Positions 14,651-25,171 of a DNA stretch of 64,000 nucleotides are shown piece by piece. A model generated the notes under the pieces. That model did not search any database. It had not been told where the DNA came from and was given only the letters and a program-made list of their open reading frames with translations. Every line of letters starts with the position of its first letter. The first letter of the stretch is position 1. The DNA is taken from the NCBI GenBank assembly GCA_965213625.1, contig CBDBZU010000004.1, positions 1,600,001 to 1,664,000 on the forward strand, given 5' to 3'. This DNA comes from a bacterium. GTDB taxonomy: Bacteria > UBA8248. Position numbers and translations under genes: made by a program.

Positions 14651-14700
14651 GCAGCGACGCTCCTCGGCGAGGGCTTTTTCATCGGGCATTCCCCCGACCC

Positions 14701-15105
14701 TCACGGGCCGCTTTTTCTTTTTGTGGGTTTCGTCTCGATGTGCTCCAGGGGATGGTCGTGCACGATCTTGATCTGCTCGGGGAGGATAAAGGCGGCGGTG
14801 AACAGTACGACGGCGCCCAGGCAGGTGACGAGCAGCCCCGGCAATATCACTTTGAAGCCCGTGAATTCGGCCCCCGCGCTCTCGCGCGCCTCGGCGCGCG
14901 ACTGCTGGGTGATGAAGGCGCCCATCGCCAGGATGATGCCGCCCACGATGGCGGTCGAGATTCTCAGGAGGTTTTTCTCCTCCGCCAGGTAGGCGAAGAG
15001 CAGGATTTCCTCCTCCCCGTGGCCTGAGGCCGGCGCGTCTGGCAATCCCAGGAACCATAGCGAGAGCATGGCGAATGCGGTGGTAGTCGGCGCGCGAAAG
15101 CGCAT
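14701..15105 (-). CDS. Hypothetical membrane protein
   Basis: GGAGG SD before the ATG at 15105; signal-like segment plus two TM segments. Confidence 0.6.
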   Translation of the reverse strand: MRFRAPTTTAFAMLSLWFLGLPDAPASGHGEEEILLFAYLAEEKNLLRISTAIVGGIILAMGAFITQQSRAEARESAGAEFTGFKVILPGLLVTCLGAVVLFTAAFILPEQIKIVHDHPLEHIETKPTKRKSGP

Positions 15106-15166
15106 CAAACGTCCTCCTTCCGGCCATTGTGCAGCGCGCAAGTCTTTTTCTCAACGGAAAGGCTCC

Positions 15167-15217
15167 GCATTTGCCCGCATTTGCCGCACACCCCCAACCC
15201 GCGCCGCCTTGTATGTT
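15167..15217 (+). promoter_or_regulatory. Shared late-type promoter, copy 2 (gp26/gp27 module)
   Basis: GCATTTGCCC GCATTTGCCG (15167-15186); TATGTT at 15212 (+35). Confidence 0.7.
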
Positions 15218-15363
15218 AGGGGAAATCTCCGCCGCGCGCGGGGGTGTTTGGCGTTTCGGAAAGAAAGTCATCGAGGAGGTGTTTCAGTGGGTGGAAGAAG
15301 TCTGGATTTCAGCGGGTGGCGTCCGGCGTGCCGGTATGAATGTCATCGAGGAGGTGCATTAAC

Positions 15364-15696
15364 GTGAACGAACTGGCGGCCCGCGTCCTGCGCGGCGACA
15401 TTTTGAAGACGCTGTATTACCAGGATGCCTTGCGCGCGGAATCGAGCGTGGGGAGTCTTCTCCTCTGGAGCGCGCTGCGCGAGGCGGGCCATCATGAAGA
15501 CGGCGCGCCCCTGGGCCGCGAGACGCTCGAGGCCTTCGTGGACGATCTGGCCGGGCGGGGTTTGGTGGAAAAGCGCACCCCGGGCGGGTTCGGCCGCCTG
15601 CTGACGGATTACGAGGCGCACCTTACGCGCAAGGGGCGCGGCTTGCTCGAAGGAGCCGTATCCGTCTCACCCGACATCCTCGTGGGGGATCTGTAA
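15364..15696 (+). CDS. Mu gp26-like winged-helix protein
   Basis: GAGGAGG SD, GTG start; LAGRGLVE...LTRKGRGLLEG pattern; coupled to a DUF3486 gene as in Mu-like phages. Confidence 0.6.
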   Translation: MNELAARVLRGDILKTLYYQDALRAESSVGSLLLWSALREAGHHEDGAPLGRETLEAFVDDLAGRGLVEKRTPGGFGRLLTDYEAHLTRKGRGLLEGAVSVSPDILVGDL

Positions 15697-16268
15697 TGGA
15701 GAGGAGACGGGGCCGCAGATCGAAAGTAGTGGAATATGGCGCCGAGAAAATCGTCGATACCATGCTCGCCGAGGGGAAGACCTACCAGGAGGTGGCCGAG
15801 GCCTTCGAGAAGGAGACCGGGGAGAAGATAGCGCTCGGCTCCGTCGGGGCGCGCAACAACCGCCTGCTCGAGGGTATCCGCAAGACCAAGCGGGTGGAAG
15901 CCATGGTGGATGAGCTGATCGAGGAGGTCATGGCGTATGACGGCGAGGGCCGGGACCCGGGCGAGAAGGTGGCGGCGGCCGCCAGGCGGATGCTGATGAC
16001 CCAGGCGGTCGAGGCCGTCTCTCACATGGGGAAAGAATCCTTCGAGGGCCTCAAGCCCGAGAAACTGGCCCAGATGGTGAACGGGCTCGAGCGCAGCAGC
16101 ATCTCGGCCGAGAAGCTCAGGCTCCAGTACGAGGACGGCTTCGCCGCCGCCAAGATGGCTATCGTGAAGGAAGTGCGCGAGTCGTTCCGCGAGCATCCCG
16201 ATTTGATGGACCAGGTGTGCGAAATCGTCGAGGAGGCGACCCGAAAGCTCGAGGATCGGATCGAGTGA
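15696..16268 (+). CDS. Mu gp27/DUF3486-family protein, putative terminase small subunit
   Basis: N-terminal RRSKV, TYQEVAE...I.LGSVG HTH-like segment, helical C-terminus, 190 aa. Confidence 0.72.
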   Translation: MERRRGRRSKVVEYGAEKIVDTMLAEGKTYQEVAEAFEKETGEKIALGSVGARNNRLLEGIRKTKRVEAMVDELIEEVMAYDGEGRDPGEKVAAAARRMLMTQAVEAVSHMGKESFEGLKPEKLAQMVNGLERSSISAEKLRLQYEDGFAAAKMAIVKEVRESFREHPDLMDQVCEIVEEATRKLEDRIE

Positions 16269-16411
16269 TGGGGGGAGGAGGCAAGATTCGGGCTGGTTGA
16301 AATTTCAGTGATCTATGGCAAGATATGAAGAATCATTGCACCCTATGAGATAGGGTGTGGCTGTGTGATATATTTCTTGCACAAGTTCAGCTAACCGCAA
16401 AGGAGGGTGAC

Positions 16412-16876
16412 ATGAGCACGTTTCCGTTCTTTTTTACCTTTGTGGACAAGGTGGAAGGAAACGGCTTCGTAGCGGATATAAGAATGCTGGGAACGCTCCT
16501 CGGGATGAAAGAGGACGATTCCACATGGATGTACGGCGTACAACCGGGTGGAATCGCCGCGACTGGACAAAACGAGGATGAGGCATTCTCCATCTTCCGG
16601 CGAACCTACACGTCCGTCCTGTTCGACATGGCGGAGGATGCCGACGATTTCACGACCTTCAAACAGCGAGTGGAGGTTTTCTTCAAAGAAATCTGTGAAG
16701 AGACGAAACAAGAATGGGATGAAGCCGTTGAAGCGGTGCGCCGGGGAGATATTGAAGCCGAAGGACTGGAAAAGAAAAACGCAGATAAGCACCAGCCCTA
16801 TGTGCAAGTAAGATCCGTCAAAAAACCCAAGGCGGGGCGCAACATGCTGGATGAACCAAGAGCCATCGCCGCCTGA
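16412..16876 (+). CDS. HicB-like antitoxin
   Basis: IAATGQNEDEA matches the HicB (A/T)xGxTxEEA pattern; acidic; GGAGG SD. Confidence 0.5.
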   Translation: MSTFPFFFTFVDKVEGNGFVADIRMLGTLLGMKEDDSTWMYGVQPGGIAATGQNEDEAFSIFRRTYTSVLFDMAEDADDFTTFKQRVEVFFKEICEETKQEWDEAVEAVRRGDIEAEGLEKKNADKHQPYVQVRSVKKPKAGRNMLDEPRAIAA

Positions 16877-17131
16877 ATGGCTTCAAGCGGTCGCGTACAA
16901 CTAAGAAAAATATGGAATATGCTCAAAAGATGCGCGCCAGGATGCGTTGTCACGGAAAAGACGCATCACTATTGGATTCAATTTGAAGGCCGTACCTATC
17001 CTTCATTCCCAAAGGGAGCGCATGGGAAGGGAATTCGGGCGGAAATTGAAGTTGGCCATATCAGGAAGATGATTCGGCACCTACATATCGACATAGACTG
17101 TGCGAGGAATGAATTGCCGGAAGTGTATTGA
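16877..17131 (+). CDS. HicA-like toxin
   Basis: 84 aa, basic; THHY...HGK..EIEVGHIRKMIRHL resembles the HicA dsRBD-like fold. Confidence 0.55.
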   Translation: MASSGRVQLRKIWNMLKRCAPGCVVTEKTHHYWIQFEGRTYPSFPKGAHGKGIRAEIEVGHIRKMIRHLHIDIDCARNELPEVY

Positions 17132-17373
17132 GCCTGAAACTTCAACCACTTCTGTTGCTAAGTAGTGAGAGTTTTCCAAAAAAGTATTTTCCCTAAAACC
17201 TCATCGCCAGCGGTTACATCTGAGCGGTGACCTGAGATCATAGCACCCGGCCGATTACCTCCCTATTGCTCCTGCCTCCCAACCCTGGACGCCTCACCTT
17301 CGCTCGGTTATATTCCTTTCATCCCCGAATATGTCACCGACGGTGATCCACCTTTTTCACGGAAAGGCGAAAC

Positions 17374-19122
17374 ATGAGCGAGTTCAAGAGCGAGGCAAGA
17401 GACGGAATGCGCATCGACTGGGACGTGCCGGTCGAGATGGATGACGGCGTGGTGCTGCGCTGCGACGTTTACCGGCCAGACGACGACGGCGAATACCCCG
17501 TCATCATGAGCTACGGACCCTACTGCAAGTGGCTTCATTTACAGGACGGCTACCCCCACCAGTGGAGCCTGATGGTGAACGATTATCCCGAAACCGTCAT
17601 GGGCACGAGCAACAAATACCAGAACTGGGAGCTCGTCGATCCCGAGAAATGGGTGCCCGACGGCTACGCCTGCGTGCGGGTGGACTCCAGGGGCGCCGGC
17701 CGCTCGCCGGGCTATCTGGAAGTGTGGTCCCCGCGCGAGACCAGGGATTTTTACGACTGCATCGAGTGGGCGGGCGTGCAGTCCTGGAGCAACGGCATGG
17801 TGGGCCTGAACGGCATCTCCTACTACGGTATGAACCAGTGGCAGGTGGCCTCGCTCCAGCCGCCGCACCTGGCCGCCATGTGCGTCTGGGAAGGAGCGGC
17901 GGATTTCTATCGCGATCTCGCCCATCACGGCGGCATCGCCTGCCGTTTCTCGGACACCTGGTACCGCCAGGCCGTCGTACCCCGCCAGCATGGTAAGGGA
18001 AACCGCGGCATCAAGAGCCGCATTAACGGCGATTGGATATCCGGCCCCGCCAACCTGAGCGAAGAAGAACTCGCTTCCAACAGGAGCGATTTCGGCCAGG
18101 ATATTCTCGATCATCCCCTCGTGGATGATTACTGGAAAGCGCGCATGCCCGATTACTCGAAAATCAACGTGCCGCTCCTATCCTCGGGCAACTGGGGCGG
18201 TGTGGGTCTGCACCCCAGGGGCAACACGGAGGGTTTTGTGCAATCGGCCACCGACGAGAAATGGCTGGAGATGCACGGGCTGGAACACTTCACGGAGTTT
18301 TATACCGATTACGGCGTCGCGCTCCAGAAGAAATTCTTTGGGCATTTCTTAAAGGGCGAGGATACCGGCTGGACGGAGCAGCCCAAAGTCCAGCTCCTGG
18401 TGCGGCATCCGGGCGAGAAATTCGTGCCGCGCGCCGAGAGCGAGTGGCCCATCGCGCGCACGGAGTGGACGAAGTATTACCTCCATTCCGGCTCCGGCAC
18501 ATTCCGGGCGGAACCCCAGACCAACGAGCGGGAGAAAACCTACGACGCGCTGGGCGACGGCTTAATCTACATCTCGCCGCCCTTTGCCGAGGAAACCGAG
18601 ATAACGGGTCCCGTGGCGGCCAAGCTGTTCGTCTCATCGGATACGGCAGATGCCGATTTGTTCCTCACCCTGCGCGTCTTCACGCCGGACATGACCGAGA
18701 TCGTCTACCGGGGTGCTAACGACCCGCATACGCCCGTGGCCATCGGCTGGCTCAGGGCCTCGCACCGAAAGCTCGACGAGGCGCTCACGCTGCCCTACCG
18801 GCCCTACCACACGCACGATGAGATTCAACCTTTGACGCCGGGCGAGATATACGAGTTGGATGTCGAGATCTGGCCGACCTCCATCGTGATTCCAAAGGAA
18901 TACCGCCTGGCGATCAGCGTCCGCGGGCGCGATTACGTCTGGCCCGGCTACGAGCCGTCCGCGCCCAAAATATCGGGCCGCGTGTATTACGGCGTGGGGC
19001 CCTTTAAGCACGACCTGAAAGAAGACAGGCCGACGGAACTGTTCGGCGGCAAGGTGACGCTGCACACCGGCCCGTCGTGTCCGTCCCATGTATTGCTGCC
19101 TGTGATTCCGTCGAAAGGATAA
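17374..19122 (+). CDS. CocE/NonD-family serine hydrolase
   Basis: DSRGAGRSPG, GISYY nucleophile motif, PepX_C-like C-terminus. Confidence 0.92.
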   Translation: MSEFKSEARDGMRIDWDVPVEMDDGVVLRCDVYRPDDDGEYPVIMSYGPYCKWLHLQDGYPHQWSLMVNDYPETVMGTSNKYQNWELVDPEKWVPDGYACVRVDSRGAGRSPGYLEVWSPRETRDFYDCIEWAGVQSWSNGMVGLNGISYYGMNQWQVASLQPPHLAAMCVWEGAADFYRDLAHHGGIACRFSDTWYRQAVVPRQHGKGNRGIKSRINGDWISGPANLSEEELASNRSDFGQDILDHPLVDDYWKARMPDYSKINVPLLSSGNWGGVGLHPRGNTEGFVQSATDEKWLEMHGLEHFTEFYTDYGVALQKKFFGHFLKGEDTGWTEQPKVQLLVRHPGEKFVPRAESEWPIARTEWTKYYLHSGSGTFRAEPQTNEREKTYDALGDGLIYISPPFAEETEITGPVAAKLFVSSDTADADLFLTLRVFTPDMTEIVYRGANDPHTPVAIGWLRASHRKLDEALTLPYRPYHTHDEIQPLTPGEIYELDVEIWPTSIVIPKEYRLAISVRGRDYVWPGYEPSAPKISGRVYYGVGPFKHDLKEDRPTELFGGKVTLHTGPSCPSHVLLPVIPSKG

Positions 19123-19147
19123 TTTCAATAAACACGAGAGGTGCGCG

Positions 19148-20893
19148 ATGAGAGGGCGTAAATCCGAAATAGCCGACGGCATGCGGATCGACTGGGAGGT
19201 TCCGGTCGAGATGGACGATGGACTCGTGCTTCGCTGCGACGTCTACCGGCCCATAGCGGAAGGCCGCTATCCCGTTCTGATCACCTACGGGATTTACGGG
19301 AAGTGGCTCCACTTCGAAGACGGCTATCCCGAGCAGTGGCGGCGCATGGTGGAGCAACACCCCGACGTCGCGGCCGGTTCCTCGAACAAATACCAGAACT
19401 GGGAGGTCGTGGACCCCGAGAAATGGGTGCCGGACGGCTACGCCTGCGTGCGGGTGGATTCGAGGGGCGCCGGCCGCTCGCCGGGGTATATGGACCCCTT
19501 CTCGGATCGCGAAACGCGCGATTTCTACGAGTGCATCGAATGGGCTGGGGTACAGCCCTGGAGCAACGGCAAGGTTGGCATCAACGGCATCTCCTATTAC
19601 GCCATCAACCAGTGGCAGGTCGCGTGCCTGAAACCGCCTCATCTCGTCGCCATGTGCGCCTGGGAGGGAGCGGCGGATTTCTACCGCGACATGAACTACC
19701 ACGGGGGCATCTACTGCACCTTCACCGAGAACTGGTATCAGAACAGGGGGCGCTCCAAACAGCATGGCCTCGGCGAGCGCGGCTACAAGAGCCGGGTGAC
19801 GGGCGATTGGGTATCGGGGCCTGACACGCTGAGCGAAGAAGAACTGGGTGCCAACCGCTGCCGCCTGGGAGCGGAGATGCGCGCGCACCCGCTCGATGAT
19901 GAATACTGGCAGGCGAAAACGCCGGACTGGTCCCAAATCGAGGTGCCCTTTTTATCTTCGAACAACTGGGGCGGGCAGGGGCTTCACCCGAGGGGGAATT
20001 GCGAGGCCTTCATGAACGCTGCCTCGGAAGAGAAATGGCTGGAGAGCCACGGCATCGAGCACTGGACGGAGTTTTACACCGATTACGGCGTGGCGCTCCA
20101 GAAGAAATTCTTTGGCCATTACTTGAAAGGCGAGGACACGGGCTGGAAGGAGCAGCCGAGGGTCCTGCTCCAGGTGCGCCACCCCGGCGAGAAATTCGTG
20201 GAGCGCGCGGAGAACGAGTGGCCCATCGCGCGCACGAACTGGACGAAGCTGTATCTCCATACGGAAGGCCACCTGCTCGGCGAGGCCGCGCCCGCCGAGA
20301 CTGGTTCGGCCACATATGCCGGCTTGAGCGACGGCGTCACGTTCGTCTCGCCCCCCTTGAAGCGCGAAACCGAACTCACGGGACCCCTGGCGTCCAAGCT
20401 GTGGGTGTCATCTGAAACCCAAGACGCCGACCTGTTCCTCGTCATCAGAGTATTCACGCCAGATTTCAAGGAAGTCACCTTTCAGGGCGCGCTCGACCCC
20501 AAAACCCCGGTCGCCCAGGGCTGGCTCAGAGCCTCGCACCGAAAGCTGGATGAAGCCCGCACGCTTCCCTACCGGCCCTACCACGCGCACGACGAGGTGC
20601 AGCCCCTGACGCCGGGCGAGATATACGAACTGGACGTCGAGATCTGGCCGACCAGCATCGTGGTTCCAAAGGGCCATCGCATCGCTTTGAGCGTCCGGGG
20701 GTGTGACTACGTCTATCCGGGCGGCATCACCCAGGGGCTGCCGAACATGCCCGCCGTCTTCTCGGGCGTGGGACCGTTCCGCCACAACGACCCGGTCGAC
20801 CGGCCGCCTGAGGTGTTCGGCGGCGAGGTGACAATCCACACCGGTCCCGAGCATCCCTCCCACGTGCTCTTGCCGATTATCCCGCCGAAATAG
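19148..20893 (+). CDS. CocE/NonD-family serine hydrolase (tandem paralog)
   Basis: Same motifs and long identical blocks shared with the upstream gene. Confidence 0.92.
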   Translation: MRGRKSEIADGMRIDWEVPVEMDDGLVLRCDVYRPIAEGRYPVLITYGIYGKWLHFEDGYPEQWRRMVEQHPDVAAGSSNKYQNWEVVDPEKWVPDGYACVRVDSRGAGRSPGYMDPFSDRETRDFYECIEWAGVQPWSNGKVGINGISYYAINQWQVACLKPPHLVAMCAWEGAADFYRDMNYHGGIYCTFTENWYQNRGRSKQHGLGERGYKSRVTGDWVSGPDTLSEEELGANRCRLGAEMRAHPLDDEYWQAKTPDWSQIEVPFLSSNNWGGQGLHPRGNCEAFMNAASEEKWLESHGIEHWTEFYTDYGVALQKKFFGHYLKGEDTGWKEQPRVLLQVRHPGEKFVERAENEWPIARTNWTKLYLHTEGHLLGEAAPAETGSATYAGLSDGVTFVSPPLKRETELTGPLASKLWVSSETQDADLFLVIRVFTPDFKEVTFQGALDPKTPVAQGWLRASHRKLDEARTLPYRPYHAHDEVQPLTPGEIYELDVEIWPTSIVVPKGHRIALSVRGCDYVYPGGITQGLPNMPAVFSGVGPFRHNDPVDRPPEVFGGEVTIHTGPEHPSHVLLPIIPPK

Positions 20894-21213
20894 GGATTAT
20901 CCACAGGCGGCGGGGCCGGAAAGTTGATAAAGCTTGGGAAGCGAATTTGGATTGCGCGCACGCTTTTGAAGTTCACTCCCCCTCAAGGGGGAGTGATTTC
21001 TTATCAACAAAGGTATTTGGAAGGCTGCTAATCTGTAGGGCTTTTTAACAACCCCAAGCAGGAAGTACTCACCGCCGCCACGTTTCTTCGGCCCATCTCC
21101 GCCGGTCTCCTTTCTTGACGCGCCGAAGCCTGTGTGTGAGAATTTTCCCATCACCACATTTCAAAGAATACGATTGCACACTGGGCCATAGATCTAACCG
21201 GGGAGGAAAGTCT

Positions 21214-22164
21214 ATGAAGCGCATGATCGGCATCGTTATCGTGGCGGTTGCGTTCGCCGGGTTCACGTCGCCCGCGTTCGCGAAGGACATCAAGATAGGC
21301 ATCGTGGTGGAAACGCTGGGGAACCCCTACTTCGCGTGTCTCAAGCGTTCCGCCGAGGCGGAAGCCAAGAACCATCCCAACGTCAAGCTCACGGTATTGA
21401 GCGGCGCCCTGGGCACCGATTTGATCGGCGTGACCAAGATGATCGACGACATGATCCAGAAGCGCGTGCACGTCCTCGCATTCAGTGCCATCGACCCGAA
21501 CGCGATGGTGCAGACGGTCAAGAAGGTGCAGAAAAGCGGCATCCGCGTGCTCATCCATTCCGACGACCTGGCCAAGCAGGTGGCGCGGCATTTCGTCGGT
21601 CCGGATCAGTACTACGGGCAGTCGGCAGTCGCCAAGGCCGTCGCCGAGGAGTTGGGCGGCAAGGGCAAGGTCGCGCTCATGGAGGGCGTGCCGGGCAACA
21701 TGTCCAGCATCCTGCGGAAAAGGGGCGCCAGGGACACGCTGGCCAAGTACAAGGGCATCAAGGTGGTCGGCGTCTGGGCGGCCAACTGGGACCGCGCGCA
21801 GGGACTCAAGAAAGCCGAAGACATCCTGACGGCGCATCCCGACATCTCGGCCATCGTCGCTGTGAACGACGACATGGCCCTCGGCGCGCTCCAGGCCGTC
21901 AAGGCGCGTGGCAAGCTCGGCAAGATCATCGTCACGGGCTTCAACGGCGTCGAGGAGGCGATGCAGGAAGTCTATCGCGGCAACATGCTGGCGACCGTGC
22001 TGACATTTTGTGATTCCGTCGGCAAGCAACTCGTTCGCACGGGCGTCGACGTGGCGATGGATAAGGACGACAAGTCCAAATACACGATCGACACCGGCAC
22101 GATTCCGCTCGACACGAGACTGCTTCAGGCGGTCGGAAAGAATTTGAAAGCCGGCATCAAGTAA
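21214..22164 (+). CDS. Sugar-type ABC transporter substrate-binding protein (RbsB-like)
   Basis: Signal peptide, NPYF, ANWDR, NDDMALGA. Confidence 0.9.
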   Translation: MKRMIGIVIVAVAFAGFTSPAFAKDIKIGIVVETLGNPYFACLKRSAEAEAKNHPNVKLTVLSGALGTDLIGVTKMIDDMIQKRVHVLAFSAIDPNAMVQTVKKVQKSGIRVLIHSDDLAKQVARHFVGPDQYYGQSAVAKAVAEELGGKGKVALMEGVPGNMSSILRKRGARDTLAKYKGIKVVGVWAANWDRAQGLKKAEDILTAHPDISAIVAVNDDMALGALQAVKARGKLGKIIVTGFNGVEEAMQEVYRGNMLATVLTFCDSVGKQLVRTGVDVAMDKDDKSKYTIDTGTIPLDTRLLQAVGKNLKAGIK

Positions 22165-22245
22165 GAGATCAAACGCGGCGCCGCGCGGCGGAGGCGGGGG
22201 AAATGATCCCTGTCTCTGCGCGCGTCCTCGCCTGAGGGGACGGAC

Positions 22246-23451
22246 ATGCCCATTCCACGCGACGTGCTCCAGGCCGAAATCGACAGGCGGTTGGCGAACA
22301 CCCGGCGGCTGATGGCGGAGCGCGATTACGACGCCTTGATCGTTTACGGGAACAACAAGCTCTCCGGCAGCCTGCGCTATCTCACCGATTACTTTCCCGA
22401 CCGTGCGGGGTGGATCAGCTTGACGACCACAGAGACCGCCATCGTCGACGGGGGCGCGGCCTTCATCACGCAGGATGATGTTCCCGCGCTCATGGTCGAT
22501 CCGGGCCTCATGCCGACGCGCGAGGTGTGCGTCCCGCGCATCGTGGCCGGGGAGGGGTTCTCGGCGAAAAAGGGCGACGGCCTTTCCGTCGAGAACATCG
22601 AAAAACTCATCCGAGACACCGGCGACGTGAAGCGCGTCGGTATCGAGACGTTCGACAAGTTCCCCGCACCTCTTTACGCCGGGATGCGGGAGACGTTCCC
22701 GGACCTCGAAATCGTGCGCTCGACCATCGTCGAGGAACTCCGGATGGTGAAGAGCGATTTCGATCTCGAGATGATGCGAAAGGCAGGCCGGGTCGCGGAT
22801 TTGGGCCATGAGACCGTCGCCGGCATCCTGAGTACGGAGGGCGTCGGCAAAACGGAGCTCGAAATCATCCGCGCCGCCGAACACGCGATGCGCTCCGCCG
22901 ACCCGATTTACGAGGATTCGTGCAGCAGCTCACCGAGCCTCATCTGCAGCGGCTACCCGGTGGCGGGCGCGCTGTTGCACATGCCGAATCCGGCCAAGGC
23001 CATCGAGCGCGGCAACGTCGTGCACTGGGACATCTGCATGCGGTTCGAGGGCTACCCGGTCGACTCCTCGCGCACGCGCGCCATGGGGCCGGTGACGGAG
23101 GTCCACCGGCGCGCTTATGAGACCATTCTGGAAATTCAGCGAACGGTCATCGAGGAGGCGAAGCCGGGCGTCTTAGCGAGCAAACTCGTCGACACGGCCG
23201 AGGCGATGGCCCGCGACGCCGGTTTCGATTTGTGGGACAGGTTCTTGGGCCACGGCCTGGGATGGGACATCCACGAGCGCCCCGACATGGGCATCGAGAA
23301 ACTCCCCCTCGAGGAGAACATGGTGCTCGCCGTCGAGCCGCGCATCGCTGTCGACAACACCTATCTGTTCGGCAACGAGGACATGGTGCACGTCACGAAA
23401 GAGGGCGGCGTCTCCTTTACGTCTTTCCCGAGGGAGCCGCTGGAGATATAG
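22246..23451 (+). CDS. M24-family peptidase (Xaa-Pro/creatinase-like)
   Basis: Creatinase_N region, GHGLG..HERP, EPR and NED metal ligands. Confidence 0.88.
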   Translation: MPIPRDVLQAEIDRRLANTRRLMAERDYDALIVYGNNKLSGSLRYLTDYFPDRAGWISLTTTETAIVDGGAAFITQDDVPALMVDPGLMPTREVCVPRIVAGEGFSAKKGDGLSVENIEKLIRDTGDVKRVGIETFDKFPAPLYAGMRETFPDLEIVRSTIVEELRMVKSDFDLEMMRKAGRVADLGHETVAGILSTEGVGKTELEIIRAAEHAMRSADPIYEDSCSSSPSLICSGYPVAGALLHMPNPAKAIERGNVVHWDICMRFEGYPVDSSRTRAMGPVTEVHRRAYETILEIQRTVIEEAKPGVLASKLVDTAEAMARDAGFDLWDRFLGHGLGWDIHERPDMGIEKLPLEENMVLAVEPRIAVDNTYLFGNEDMVHVTKEGGVSFTSFPREPLEI

Positions 23452-23559
23452 CGGCGCGCGCGCGGAGGATGTTCGCGCCCAAGGCCGTGGCGGTCGCGGC
23501 CGCCATTTGCGCCGCCCGAACCTCCCACTGGCCCGATTTTCCAACTGGAAGACTCGTCC

Positions 23560-25146
23560 ATGACGTCATCCCCCTCCAGTCCAGCCGAATCTCCCCCTGA
23601 AAGCGCGGCGGAGCGCCTCATTCTCGACATGCGCGGCATCGGCAAGCGGTTTCCGGGCGTCGTGGCGCTCGACGAGGTGGATTTCAGCGTCCGTCCGGGC
23701 GAGGTCCACGTGCTTCTGGGCGAGAACGGGGCCGGCAAGTCGACCATGATCAAGATCATCGCGGGCGTCGTCGAAAAGGACACCGGCGAGATGGTGTTCG
23801 AAGGCGGCGTCATCGAGAGGTGCTCGCCTGCGCTCACGCGGGAGCTCGGCATCAGCGTCATCCACCAGGAACTGAGCCTCGTGCGGCTGATGGACGTGAA
23901 GAGCAATCTCTTCCTGGGCCGCGATTTGAGGAGCGCAAACCGTCTGCTCGGGCGGCTGGGCGTGAGAGACGAGACGGCGATGGAGCGGCGCTGCCGGGAG
24001 ATTTTCACCGAACTGGGGATCGAGGTCGACCCGAACGCCGAGGTGTCGAATCTGAGCCTCTCGGACATGCAGTTTCTCGAGATCGCCAAGGCGGTCGCCT
24101 TCGATGCGAAAGTCATCCTGATGGACGAACCCACCTCGTCCCTGGGCCCCGGGGAGAAAGAAGCGCTCTTTGGCGTCATCGAGCGATTGACGGAGCGCGG
24201 CATCGGGGTGGTCTACGTCTCCCACACGCTGGAGGATTGCCTCGCTATCGGCGATCGCATCTCCGTCCTGCGCGACGGGCGCCACGTCGGGTCCATCGGC
24301 GCCGAGAATACCGAGGTCGACACGCTTATCCGCATGATGACGGGGCGCACCTTCAGCGAACGCTATCCCAGAATTTCGGGCAAGGTGGGCAAGGAGGTTC
24401 TCGAAGTCAGGAATTTCACGCAAACGGGCGTGTTCAGCGACGTGAGTTTCCGCGTCAGGCAGGGCGAGATACTGGGTTTTGCGGGATTGGTCGGCGCAGG
24501 CCGCACGGACTTGTTCCGCGCGCTCTTCGGCCTGGAGCGGCCCGACGGCGGCGAGGTGTTCATCGACGGCCAGCCGGTGAGAATCAGGAAACCCCGCGAC
24601 GCCATCCGCCACGGGCTTTCCTTTCTGACTGAGGATCGCAAGAACCAGGGCGTGTTCCCGCTCTTATCGGTGTTGGAGAACCTGCTGATCACCCTGTTCA
24701 ACTTCGGCCGGGAAAGCCGCTCGCGCAAGCTCACGCGCATTATGGGCTGCATTAACGGCGCAGGCGCAACGCACCTCTCGCGCGACTATGTGGAGCGGCT
24801 GAGCATCAAGGTAGCCTCCTTGACGGATCAGATCGCCCAGCTCAGCGGCGGGAACCAGCAGAAGGTGCTTCTCGCGCGGGGGATATCCACAGGCGCGCGC
24901 ATCGTCATTCTCGACGAACCCACCAAGGGCGTCGACGCGGGCGCGAAGGTGGAAATTTACCGGATTCTTGAAGAACTGGCGCAGCTCGGTGTGGCGATCA
25001 TCGTGATATCCTCGGAATTGCCTGAAGTCACGGCCATCTGCAGCCGCATCATCGTGATGAACGAAGGCCGCATCACCGGCGAGGTGCTTCGTGAGGACGC
25101 TGACGCGGAAACCATCATGCGCTACGCGACGGGCACCGCGGCCTAA
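23560..25146 (+). CDS. Sugar ABC transporter ATP-binding protein (RbsA-like)
   Basis: GENGAGKS, two ABC domains, LSGGNQQK. Confidence 0.95.
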   Translation: MTSSPSSPAESPPESAAERLILDMRGIGKRFPGVVALDEVDFSVRPGEVHVLLGENGAGKSTMIKIIAGVVEKDTGEMVFEGGVIERCSPALTRELGISVIHQELSLVRLMDVKSNLFLGRDLRSANRLLGRLGVRDETAMERRCREIFTELGIEVDPNAEVSNLSLSDMQFLEIAKAVAFDAKVILMDEPTSSLGPGEKEALFGVIERLTERGIGVVYVSHTLEDCLAIGDRISVLRDGRHVGSIGAENTEVDTLIRMMTGRTFSERYPRISGKVGKEVLEVRNFTQTGVFSDVSFRVRQGEILGFAGLVGAGRTDLFRALFGLERPDGGEVFIDGQPVRIRKPRDAIRHGLSFLTEDRKNQGVFPLLSVLENLLITLFNFGRESRSRKLTRIMGCINGAGATHLSRDYVERLSIKVASLTDQIAQLSGGNQQKVLLARGISTGARIVILDEPTKGVDAGAKVEIYRILEELAQLGVAIIVISSELPEVTAICSRIIVMNEGRITGEVLREDADAETIMRYATGTAA

Positions 25147-25171
25147 GGTGGTTCGGTAAGGGAGGGGAGCA

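Noticed and set aside
20897-21009. DnaA boxes (TTATCCACA at 20897, TTATCAACA at 21001) suggesting oriC
   Set aside because: Too few boxes, no unwinding element or dnaA/dnaN context; they lie within a REP-like intergenic element.
21151-22884. Long antisense or alternate-frame ORFs (e.g. 21151-22884, 13955-15271, 28599-30056, 41012-42412, 52339-53841)
   Set aside because: Shadows of well-supported genes in high-GC DNA, with no recognisable motifs.
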